A DNA stretch of 64,000 nucleotides from a virus: the IMG/VR virus record IMGVR_UViG_3300025137_005412, positions 1-64,000 of that record. One strand, given 5' to 3'. The notes below the pieces were generated by a model, which was not told the origin of the DNA, made no database searches, and saw only the letters and a list, made by a program, of their open reading frames with translations. A program made the translations under genes and the position numbers. Shown here one piece after another: positions 56,329-64,000 of this stretch; within the stretch, counting starts at the first letter, position 1; every line of letters starts with the position of its first letter.

Positions 56329-57410
56329 ATATACCTCTTCATAAATTTGTTAAGACCCGCATCAACATGTAGAGACCTGTTCATGTTATGTTCTCGATCC
56401 TTATTAGTATTATACCATATATCCTGCCATTCTTTATCACTCAGGTGATATAAACGACTGATCTCCTCGTTCAACCTGTTAAGTCTATTAAGTGGATTAC
56501 GTTCGTTGTCGTATGAATGGTCTATATACCGATCAAAGAACTTCCATCCCTTCCTTCGTAGGTTGTTGATATGATGTTGCTGTGCCCAGTACAGAGAAAG
56601 GTTCCCTGATCTGAGAGCACGAAATGTCTTCTCACTTGCAAATGTAGTTAACGGTCCACCATTGACTCGTGTTTCCGATACGATCTCCAGTTGAAAGTTT
56701 GCTCGTGAATCATAGCTATCTACCATGGCACCATTCTCTCCCGCTATCAGGTCCTGTCCCTCATTAGTTATTCTATTCTTAATAGAACCCCAATTATCAA
56801 AGTGTTTCTTTAATGGTTCACTGATATGCGGTCTCTCGAGCTCGGTAAGTACATGTGGACATCTGATCTCCATCTGCATATTACTATTTACAAGTCTCTT
56901 TAAGAGTTCGATACGATATGTATAGTGTCTTCTCATCCAGAAGAACATACGATACTTCCTACTTACCTTCTGATCTCTTCGATTGTTAGATGGTTCAGGC
57001 TGTGACTGTGATAGATTACAATCAACGAACTTCTTCCAGTATGGAATATAGATCCAGTTCTTATCACAATTCTGAGTAAGTGGTCCTGAATTACAATGCC
57101 AGAAGTTTATGTTATCATAGTTCTTAAACTCATTCTTTACATCAAACCATTCAAGAAACCATGGTTCCATACCGACATTGACTATATAGACTACCTGATC
57201 ATTACCATGCTCATCATACATCTTATTCATATAATCACGAGCTACTTTATAGTCATTAAAGCCACCCATATGTTCAAAGTATATTACCTTATGATTCTTT
57301 GAGAGAGTAGCAAGATGTGGTTGAAAGCAGGATAGAGCTTTAGGTTTGAATGGGTACATCGATGTACCCATTTCTCTGATAAATGAGTTTGCTTGTATTA
57401 GTGGAAACAT
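56325..57410 (-). CDS. putative glycosyltransferase (GT10-like C-terminal motif)
   Basis: IVSET...FASEKT, IDHSYD. Confidence 0.4.
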   Translation of the reverse strand: MFPLIQANSFIREMGTSMYPFKPKALSCFQPHLATLSKNHKVIYFEHMGGFNDYKVARDYMNKMYDEHGNDQVVYIVNVGMEPWFLEWFDVKNEFKNYDNINFWHCNSGPLTQNCDKNWIYIPYWKKFVDCNLSQSQPEPSNNRRDQKVSRKYRMFFWMRRHYTYRIELLKRLVNSNMQMEIRCPHVLTELERPHISEPLKKHFDNWGSIKNRITNEGQDLIAGENGAMVDSYDSRANFQLEIVSETRVNGGPLTTFASEKTFRALRSGNLSLYWAQQHHINNLRRKGWKFFDRYIDHSYDNERNPLNRLNRLNEEISRLYHLSDKEWQDIWYNTNKDREHNMNRSLHVDAGLNKFMKRYI

Positions 57411-58573
57411 TGTTCGGTTCCATACTTTATAATCTTCTTAGTTCGAGGAATATCAAGATCGACATCATCTCCCCAAGGATCAACGAGTATTGAACCATCG
57501 GCAATGGAATCTATTATAAACTGTGAAGGACCACGGCTACAGAGATATACAGCCGGTTCACTCAGATACTTCTCATAATGAATCTTTGGTTGATTAAACA
57601 TATCTATCTGTGCCTCCATATCTTCAATCCATGCAGCGACTAGGAGAGAAGGAGAACCATCCGTGAGTTCAGATTCTGACTTAAAACCATTATCTAGAAA
57701 TACAATCGGTAGATCAAATGTCAAAAGATACTCGGACATCTTCTTAGCTTGAAAATCTCTTGCTTCCATGACCGATGAGAAGAGATCGTACTTAAGTTTA
57801 AGTTCCTCTGATAGAGACTTTAATGCTATATTATCTCGTGGATGACATGGACCACCGTCACCAAGACCAGGCTTCATGTATTTCTCACTGATAATTCTTT
57901 TCTTTGATTTGGCCAGAGCATTACATACCATGTTAGCATCTGTATGACCAATCTCCATTGCTACATCTTGAATCATATTGACAAAGGATATTTTCATAGA
58001 GATAAAAGTATTATAGAATACCTTTATACATTCAGCCTCCTCATATGAACCAGTTTCCCATCTCACTTTCGTAGTGATAATAGGTTTATAGAATTCTTTC
58101 AGTTCTTTAATATCTTCTTCATCACCACCAGCAATCATCATCTCAGGATTTAGAAAATCTTCCTTTACGGTACCCATTGCAATCAGATATGGATTGTATG
58201 CGAGTCTATAATTTTCAGGTATGTCGATCAATCTGTTTCTAAATGTGGTAGGTAATACAGTAGAGATTACAGTAACGAGTGCGTTGGGAGCGGCATAGTC
58301 ATTGAGATCTATGAGTACATCTTCAAGAGATGAGTAATCAAAATCCATTGCGGGTAAATTGTAAGTAGGTTTTTCACCACCATAGTTTTCATGATGTGGT
58401 GTAGGTACGGCAATAAAGATCATCTCAGCATCTTTACATACTTCAGCCATGTCAGTATTCATTTTTATATCATGAATATGAACATCATAGTATTCATTCA
58501 TTACATCAGCAACTGGTTGACCAAGTTTGCCTGCTCCGATAAATGCTACTTTCTTATTTTTTGCCACTGTCAA
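57398..58573 (-). CDS. UDP-glucose/GDP-mannose dehydrogenase family
   Basis: IGAGKLG, IAVPTP, STVLP, KVFYNTFIS.K, GDGGPCHPRD. Confidence 0.9.
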   Translation of the reverse strand: MTVAKNKKVAFIGAGKLGQPVADVMNEYYDVHIHDIKMNTDMAEVCKDAEMIFIAVPTPHHENYGGEKPTYNLPAMDFDYSSLEDVLIDLNDYAAPNALVTVISTVLPTTFRNRLIDIPENYRLAYNPYLIAMGTVKEDFLNPEMMIAGGDEEDIKELKEFYKPIITTKVRWETGSYEEAECIKVFYNTFISMKISFVNMIQDVAMEIGHTDANMVCNALAKSKKRIISEKYMKPGLGDGGPCHPRDNIALKSLSEELKLKYDLFSSVMEARDFQAKKMSEYLLTFDLPIVFLDNGFKSESELTDGSPSLLVAAWIEDMEAQIDMFNQPKIHYEKYLSEPAVYLCSRGPSQFIIDSIADGSILVDPWGDDVDLDIPRTKKIIKYGTEQCFH

Positions 58574-58659
58574 AACCTTTTTTAAGAATACTTAAAACTA
58601 GGATTGTGGCTAAGGAAATGATGAAAGCATCCGCAATAGTTAATAGATCCATGATTTAT

Positions 58660-59367
58660 TTATTTTACGAGTTTGAAGTGACGCTCGTATACATGAAGAT
58701 TCTGAACTTGCCATACTATCTGGCCAATCTTAACACTAAGATCTTGGGATAAACGTGAAAGAACTTCTTGCTGCCATGCATAATCATTACGATAGCCATA
58801 TATAACATCATTAGATCTCATTTGAACTACTGAATGAATGGAGTTATTACGAATATAATATGTCACAGCATTAGTACAGATGAAATCATTCTTGCCATTT
58901 TCTCGGTATTCTTTCCATATAGATGGACGATTGTATATCATAGCAGCACGTCTGGAATCTGGATTATCAAGAAGTTCTTCGACTACATGTTCATATTGAT
59001 TATGATATAGATCATCGAAGATTAACTTACCGTAATTTGAATTGATATTACCATAATGATCAGCAGACATTTGCCATGCTTTAGGTGGTAGTTTATCTTC
59101 AGGACCATAGATGTCATATATATTTGTAGAGGTTGAATCATACCATTCAATTTCAGCATCTATATACTTTTGATTAGGGATACCAAAGATCGCAGGTTCA
59201 TCGGCTACAAAAGAAGCACCAATTAATTCTATAGTCTTAGAACCAGATCGATCCTTGGTAAACTTTTTTTGATTCAGTTCACTAATAAAGTGAGATCTGA
59301 TATCAGAAACTTTAGGTGTTAGATCATTTTTCAAAGATCTTCGCGAGAATTCCAGTATTTCCGCCAT
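58660..59367 (-). CDS. gp42: dCMP hydroxymethylase
   Basis: INSNYG, SRRAAMIY.RPS, DFICTN, MRSNDVIYGYRNDYAW, LHVYERHF match T4 gp42 incl. dCMP-specific Asp. Confidence 0.85.
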   Translation of the reverse strand: MAEILEFSRRSLKNDLTPKVSDIRSHFISELNQKKFTKDRSGSKTIELIGASFVADEPAIFGIPNQKYIDAEIEWYDSTSTNIYDIYGPEDKLPPKAWQMSADHYGNINSNYGKLIFDDLYHNQYEHVVEELLDNPDSRRAAMIYNRPSIWKEYRENGKNDFICTNAVTYYIRNNSIHSVVQMRSNDVIYGYRNDYAWQQEVLSRLSQDLSVKIGQIVWQVQNLHVYERHFKLVK

Positions 59368-59746
59368 GGTCAGGTGCCTCCCAATTTGCTGGTTTAGTTA
59401 AGTCCGGTAATCCATAAGGATTAGGACGTGATTCTTTAATTCCAATTTCTTTATTTAAGTTTGCTTTAAGTACTTCTTGCCATGCTTTATTACCATCTAC
59501 TTTGAAAGCATCAAGTGTACCAGCAGCAAATACAATAAGATCAATAAGACCATCTACAATTTCTTTTGTATCACCATCATCAAGTGCTGCTTTAGTTTCA
59601 TCTAATTCTTCTTGACACATTTCTAATCTAAATGCTAGGTACTTACCAAGCATATCTTTATTCATTCTATCTACTACTACAGGTACCATATATTTCATAT
59701 GCATACCTTTCATATCTTCAAATATATCACTCATATCTTGCTCCAT
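59324..59746 (-). CDS. MazG-like dNTP pyrophosphatase (dCTPase/dUTPase candidate)
   Basis: EELDE, EIVDGLID, PDLTKP..W.AP. Confidence 0.75.
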   Translation of the reverse strand: MEQDMSDIFEDMKGMHMKYMVPVVVDRMNKDMLGKYLAFRLEMCQEELDETKAALDDGDTKEIVDGLIDLIVFAAGTLDAFKVDGNKAWQEVLKANLNKEIGIKESRPNPYGLPDLTKPANWEAPDHGGNTGILAKIFEK

Positions 59747-60041
59747 TAAAAATTGCTGAGAATATTAAAGGTTCTATATCTGTATTATACACTTTATGAA
59801 ACTTATTTGCTGGTACTGGAATAGTATCACCAGGTTTAACTGCAAATGTTTCTTCATCTATTTGCATAAGTCCATTACCTTTTGTAAATACATATACTTC
59901 TTCTTGTTGTTTATCACTGTGTGTATGACCATTTGTTTCACATCCAGGTTGTAAGCAAGTAATTGATGGAACTAATATCTTTAGTTCATCATTATCTAGT
60001 ACGTAGTACCTCTCGTCTTTCTTAGCTATTTTCCAGGTCAT
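59727..60041 (-). CDS. cupin protein
   Basis: GHTH..QEEVY, FHKVYN. Confidence 0.8.
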   Translation of the reverse strand: MTWKIAKKDERYYVLDNDELKILVPSITCLQPGCETNGHTHSDKQQEEVYVFTKGNGLMQIDEETFAVKPGDTIPVPANKFHKVYNTDIEPLIFSAIFNGARYE

Positions 60042-60312
60042 GTGTATGTAAGGCTATAAGAGCGTAATGTAATATCTTCATGATATCAGCTCTGTTTTTA
60101 CCATCTTTCTTTCCATATCGTTGTGTATATTTTAAAACATTACCTAAACTAAAGCTTAGGCCATGGCCACAATCAATAATAAATTCTGTTGATTGAAACT
60201 TATTCTTAGAGTAATGACCATCATAAGTCTTATCAATATAAGATTGCAGATCATCAATCAGATTCTTTTCATTGAACTTGTATTCTATTTTACTTTGTGA
60301 ATGGCCAGCCAT
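60022..60312 (-). CDS. DUF3310-like protein (nucleotide-modification associated)
   Basis: YIDKTYDGHY, GNVLKY..RYGKKDG, D..K.LHY. Confidence 0.75.
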   Translation of the reverse strand: MAGHSQSKIEYKFNEKNLIDDLQSYIDKTYDGHYSKNKFQSTEFIIDCGHGLSFSLGNVLKYTQRYGKKDGKNRADIMKILHYALIALHTHDLENS

Positions 60313-60493
60313 TTTTATTTCCTTTTAAGTTTTCAATTCTTTCTTTTAAAAAAGATATAGTAGTATATATGAATCCACAATCATGTGGTTCTAATAATGT
60401 TTCGAAATATTTGATTTCATTTTCTAGTATTTCTATTTTAGCACCATCAGAATATTCCATGGTACCACTATCATTTATTTGTTTATTGTCCAT
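60290..60493 (-). CDS. hypothetical protein
   Basis: PHDCGFIYTTISFL. Confidence 0.6.
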   Translation of the reverse strand: MDNKQINDSGTMEYSDGAKIEILENEIKYFETLLEPHDCGFIYTTISFLKERIENLKGNKNGWPFTK

Positions 60494-60767
60494 CCATTTT
60501 TCCTCTCATATATGATACTGCGAATGAGCAGTAATTAATCATGTCTTTATAGGTATCTTCTAGTGATTCAAACTTTACATCACCATCAGCTTCGAGAAGA
60601 GACTGAGCTCTAAGTAGTTTCTGATGAATCATGTCATGAATAGTATCAACACCACGCCTGTAATGCATGGCTTGTTTAATATCTGATTTGGGATTTTGAT
60701 AATCTTGAGACTTAGCTAATTGTAAGTCAATACATTCTTTAAGTATTTTTACTGATTCTTTTTCCAT
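60483..60767 (-). CDS. DUF1599/Nmad-like nucleotide-modification associated protein
   Basis: KSQDYQ, K..R, ESLEDT..DMINY. Confidence 0.7.
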   Translation of the reverse strand: MEKESVKILKECIDLQLAKSQDYQNPKSDIKQAMHYRRGVDTIHDMIHQKLLRAQSLLEADGDVKFESLEDTYKDMINYCSFAVSYMRGKMDGQ

Positions 60768-61227
60768 GGTGCTCGCTGTGTATGTTTATTAATCTATTAA
60801 TATTATACTTTTTAATTCTAATTTTTTTCTGTACGAGATGATTCATCCATGATTTTTTATTTGTAAACTTATCTCCATAGAATATCTTTAAGAGTGTATC
60901 ATCACTGATACCTTTTCTATCGAATAATCTATCAAGATCAAATGTAGTTGGTAGTACTTCATCAGCAGTATCTCTCTTATAGAGTTCATATGATTGCGGA
61001 TGATAATCTTTAATGTATGATATAAAGTTTGCACTATAACCACAATTAAAGCAATGGCATACAAGACCTTGTTGTTTTGCATCTACCCAGAATCTTGCTT
61101 TACGAGTATTAGTAGCACTATCACCACATACTTGACATGACCAGTTCCATGAGTATTGAGTTTTCTTCTTATAGTTTCTTACTTCGTAAGTAAGACTGTC
61201 AGCAATTGAAATTAAGTTATGAAGCAT
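60739..61227 (-). CDS. stand-alone T4 gp61-type primase zinc-binding domain protein
   Basis: CQVCGDS..NTRKARFW...HCFNCGY...Y.K..P..YELY. Confidence 0.75.
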   Translation of the reverse strand: MLHNLISIADSLTYEVRNYKKKTQYSWNWSCQVCGDSATNTRKARFWVDAKQQGLVCHCFNCGYSANFISYIKDYHPQSYELYKRDTADEVLPTTFDLDRLFDRKGISDDTLLKIFYGDKFTNKKSWMNHLVQKKIRIKKYNINRLINIHSEHHGKRISKNT

Positions 61228-61988
61228 TCTTGAATTTTATCTATTTGTCTAAGAGTTTCTTCGAACATGTTTGGTGTTAACATGTTTGGTCCATCAGAAG
61301 GTGCTACAGTAGGATTATCATGAACTTCCATAAAGAATCCATCTACACCAACGGCAGCTGCAGCTCTACATAATGGTTGAACGAATTGTCTTTTACCACC
61401 ACTGACTCCATCACCAGCACCAGGTTCTTGTACTGAATGTGTAGCATCGAATATAACTTTCATATTTGGATAATCTTTTTGAAGTACCTGTCTCATATAA
61501 CTTAAACCTCTCATGTCTACTACTAGATTATTATACCCGAAAGTTGTACCTCTTTCTGTAATCCATATAGGAGCATCAGGATCAGGTTTAGATAGTATAC
61601 CTTTAACTTCTTTATATGATAGGAATTGACCTTTCTTTATATTAACAGGTTTCCATGTAGAACATGCTTCTACAATAAGATCTGTTTGTCTGCAAAGAAA
61701 AGCTGGGATTTGGAATACATCTATAATGTCTTGAAGATATTCCACTTGATAGCACTCATGAACATCCGTCAAAAGTTTCATGTCTGGATTTTCATTCTTT
61801 AGAAACTCAAAGTCCTCAACGAATTGTTTTAATCCAACACCTCGTTTACCTTTAACTGAACTTCGGTTTGCCTTATCAAAAGAAGCTTTATAATAAAATT
61901 CACCACTTACAATCTCTTTGATAGCGTCAAACATTTTCTGTGAATGTTCAATACTTTCATGTTGACATGGTCCCGCAATTAAAATCAT
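61212..61988 (-). CDS. kdsA: Kdo-8-phosphate synthase
   Basis: IAGPC, KASFDKANRSS, QIPAFLCRQTDL, KKGQF, ERGTTFGY, DATHSVQ, SDGPN. Confidence 0.95.
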   Translation of the reverse strand: MILIAGPCQHESIEHSQKMFDAIKEIVSGEFYYKASFDKANRSSVKGKRGVGLKQFVEDFEFLKNENPDMKLLTDVHECYQVEYLQDIIDVFQIPAFLCRQTDLIVEACSTWKPVNIKKGQFLSYKEVKGILSKPDPDAPIWITERGTTFGYNNLVVDMRGLSYMRQVLQKDYPNMKVIFDATHSVQEPGAGDGVSGGKRQFVQPLCRAAAAVGVDGFFMEVHDNPTVAPSDGPNMLTPNMFEETLRQIDKIQECFIT

Positions 61989-61991
61989 AAT

Positions 61992-62129
61992 TTAGTTTCT
62001 ATCGTAAAAATCGTCTAAAGGGTTATCAGGTAGATTATACTTCTTTTTACGATCTTTTTCCGCTTGTTCTTTTTCTTCTTTAGTTAGGCCGCGATCTTTC
62101 AGAGGTCTAGCCTCCATAAATCGGTCTGT
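61992..62129 (-). CDS. small hypothetical protein
   Basis: MTDRFMEARP...; late-like TAAATA upstream. Confidence 0.45.
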   Translation of the reverse strand, partial: TDRFMEARPLKDRGLTKEEKEQAEKDRKKKYNLPDNPLDDFYDRN

Positions 62130-62142
62130 CATACTATATTTA

Positions 62143-62571
62143 TTACCCGATATTATCAAGTGCATCTCTGACAAATTTGATATTATCAGCATTATTATCT
62201 AACACTTTAATAGCATCATCCATATAAGTTATGTAGTCTGTTTCTTGTTCTATCTCTCTAACAATCACATCAACTTTATCATGTATAGGATCATCGTGAT
62301 CTACTAGGTCCCATATCTTATAGCCAATAGATTCAATCTCACTTACTTTTTCTTTGAAAAATTTTTGAGCCTGTTCTTTATTGTAGCTATCCATAATAGT
62401 ATCATAATCTCTGCTACCTTTTTCAGCAACTGAGAGTACTAGCTCATCATCACTTGACCAAGCTTCGTACAGTACATACTCTTTGCCATCTCTGACACCT
62501 TGAACACGAATGATCTTTTCTTCATCAGTATAGTTATCTTCAATAACATTTTTTAAATTTTCTAGTTTCAT
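62143..62571 (-). CDS. acidic hypothetical early protein
   Basis: Follows 62574 ORF. Confidence 0.6.
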   Translation of the reverse strand: MKLENLKNVIEDNYTDEEKIIRVQGVRDGKEYVLYEAWSSDDELVLSVAEKGSRDYDTIMDSYNKEQAQKFFKEKVSEIESIGYKIWDLVDHDDPIHDKVDVIVREIEQETDYITYMDDAIKVLDNNADNIKFVRDALDNIG

Positions 62572-62573
62572 AT

Positions 62574-62915
62574 TTACCTACTTTCTTGGATTAATCTTGG
62601 AGTGTGAGCATTTCTTTCCATTTTTGAAAAGTATTCTGACCACCATTTATCAGTACTAGTTTCTCTGACTTCAGAGGTCTTGATTACTTGTTTTAAAGTA
62701 ATAAGATCTGCTTCATAAAAATCTAATAACATATCAGTGAATGGATTTCTGTCATTTGATTTCCATTTGATTTCATTGCCATCAGCATAAAAATCATCTT
62801 TATATGTTTCTACTGCATTTTGTGTAGTAGACCATTGATAATTGTAGAACTCATCATTTCTCTTATAGTCTCTACCAGCGATAGTCACTTCATTAAATAA
62901 TTTTTTATCTTTCAT
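62574..62915 (-). CDS. hypothetical early protein
   Basis: Start set by cassette RBS AAAGGAGAATATATG; WKSNDRNPF.DML. Confidence 0.65.
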   Translation of the reverse strand: MKDKKLFNEVTIAGRDYKRNDEFYNYQWSTTQNAVETYKDDFYADGNEIKWKSNDRNPFTDMLLDFYEADLITLKQVIKTSEVRETSTDKWWSEYFSKMERNAHTPRLIQESR

Positions 62916-63104
62916 ATATTCTCCTTTGTTAATCATTTATATGTACCATTCTATACAGGTTATACAGTAATGTACAACGTTTTATGCGTTTCTTTAAGAT
63001 TAAATTGTTATAAGAAAACAACTACTTAGACCTAAACTGTTAATAACTTTTAGATTATACTTTAAAATCAACAACTTAAACTTTCGTTTGTTATCAACCA
63101 CTTA
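62916..63104 (-). promoter_or_regulatory. early promoter cassette copy C with three IHF-like boxes
   Basis: Near-identical to copy A from -35 to ATG; WATCAA-N4-TTA at 63066 and 63092, variant at 63016. Confidence 0.75.
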
Positions 63105-63734
63105 AAGTTTTTTCCTCATAGCAGCCATTTTTTGTCTAGCGGTGTGCCATCTTGAAAAGGAATAAGGTGTAGGATGCTTACCTAGCTTGAGACCTTCTTT
63201 TCTAAATTCTGATTTAAGAACATCATGACATTCTCTACCCATAAATGCTGATACTAGTTTTAAGAGTACATTACGGTATTCACGACCATGATGCATCTGA
63301 CCTGCGGCATGAGATAATTCATGAAGTAGAACATATAGATTATAACCATGTTTCTGATCAAGTGTAATCTCATATATGTATGCCCAGCCATGACAACCAC
63401 GACCATTGTAGTTTGCCTTATCTCTAAGCTTTACTTTATGACCACCCTTAGCGTCAGCTTTTATAAATGCTGAGGACTTACAAATCCTATTGCATCTTTG
63501 CTGAGCCTCTTTAAGAGTCTTATAATATTCTTGTTTGTGTTTAAATGCTGGTGTTCTGTATAGTGCTCTTTCTGCTCTATATACTTTACCAGCTTCGGTA
63601 TCTCGTTTATTTTCCATACGAGACATGCTGTGTTTTTTCTTATGCTGATTGAGATATCTGATATAAGCTCGTTGCTCGCCAACAAGGATATCCTCCCTCT
63701 CATTGACATCGTTTTTAAACGACTGATAGTCCAT
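63102..63734 (-). CDS. HExxH metalloprotease-like protein
   Basis: LLHELSH, HGREY. Confidence 0.65.
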   Translation of the reverse strand: MDYQSFKNDVNEREDILVGEQRAYIRYLNQHKKKHSMSRMENKRDTEAGKVYRAERALYRTPAFKHKQEYYKTLKEAQQRCNRICKSSAFIKADAKGGHKVKLRDKANYNGRGCHGWAYIYEITLDQKHGYNLYVLLHELSHAAGQMHHGREYRNVLLKLVSAFMGRECHDVLKSEFRKEGLKLGKHPTPYSFSRWHTARQKMAAMRKKL

Positions 63735-63760
63735 ACTTAAGTTGTCCTCTCTGTTAGTAT

Positions 63761-64000
63761 TTATTTCATGTCATTCAAAGTCGTATCGTCAGTAGAGTCT
63801 TTATTAGACTGGCGCTTAGATTGCCAGTTATTGATATGATTTTGAATTTGTTTCTGAGTAAGTTTGATTTTGAAATTCTCAGGAAAGTCTTTTCTTTCTT
63901 GAAGTAGGTTTTCAAGAAATTTGATTTTAGCTTTTTTAGTAGGTAAAGCTTGGAATGGTTGATATAAAGTTTCTGTTTTGTTTTGTTGAGTGTATTTTGT
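63761..64000 (-). CDS. partial hypothetical protein
   Basis: Open frame TKYTQQNK...LNDMK* running off window edge. Confidence 0.5.
   Translation of the reverse strand, partial: TKYTQQNKTETLYQPFQALPTKKAKIKFLENLLQERKDFPENFKIKLTQKQIQNHINNWQSKRQSNKDSTDDTTLNDMK

Noticed and set aside
58660-59367. Thymidylate synthase ThyA
   Set aside because: Has RND (Asp) and other gp42 signatures; ThyX already present
117-63709. Numerous short antisense or off-frame ORFs in the track (e.g. 1733-2170, 31747-32097, 46054-46434, 53530-53856)
   Set aside because: Shadow ORFs of well-supported genes, with no RBS or recognisable motifs
1-64000. CRISPR array, rRNA, IS element or integrase
   Set aside because: No regularly spaced repeats, rRNA-like sequence or transposase/integrase motifs seen
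1-64000. Stop-codon reassignment or selenocysteine
   Set aside because: Core genes are intact under the standard code and end in TAA, TAG or TGA with tight coupling

Overview
64 kb AT-rich segment of a large T4-like (Tevenvirinae/Kyanoviridae-like superfamily) myovirus genome, probably aquatic with a proteobacterial host (inference from IHF-type boxes, a ROSE-type thermometer and KdsA). Plus strand 1-54,964 carries: a glycan/lipid-tailoring island (three KpsS-like and three GT-A glycosyltransferases, gmd, ColD-type dehydratase, SDR, FabF-like ketosynthase, two atypical TauD-like oxygenases); the T4 replication core (gp45, gp44, gp62, regA, gp43, gp61, nrdA-glutaredoxin fusion, nrdB, uvsX, gp41, RNase H, thyX, dCMP deaminase); hsp20; late/virion-associated genes; many auxiliary enzymes; and an early-gene region with repeated promoter cassettes and a sigma-70-type factor. 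A short minus-strand oxygenase cassette lies at 27.7-30.3 kb. Minus strand 55,081-64,000 carries a T4 gp42-type dCMP hydroxymethylase cluster with a MazG-like pyrophosphatase, NDP-sugar dehydrogenase, KdsA, putative transferases and a stand-alone primase zinc-binding domain. Top leads: (1) FabF/SDR/H-x-N TauD cassette fused to a colitose/Kdo glycosylation island, with Asp-Ser-Asp (DSD) motif proteins as candidate substrates; (2) possible unusual-sugar hypermodification of hmC; (3) a symmetric GC/codon gradient centred on the convergent junction at ~55 kb, with structured non-coding elements; (4) tandem ROSE-like thermometer on hsp20; (5) separated primase zinc-binding domain. No tRNA, rRNA, CRISPR array, intron or intein was recognised. 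All assignments are from motif recognition by eye; no searches were run.
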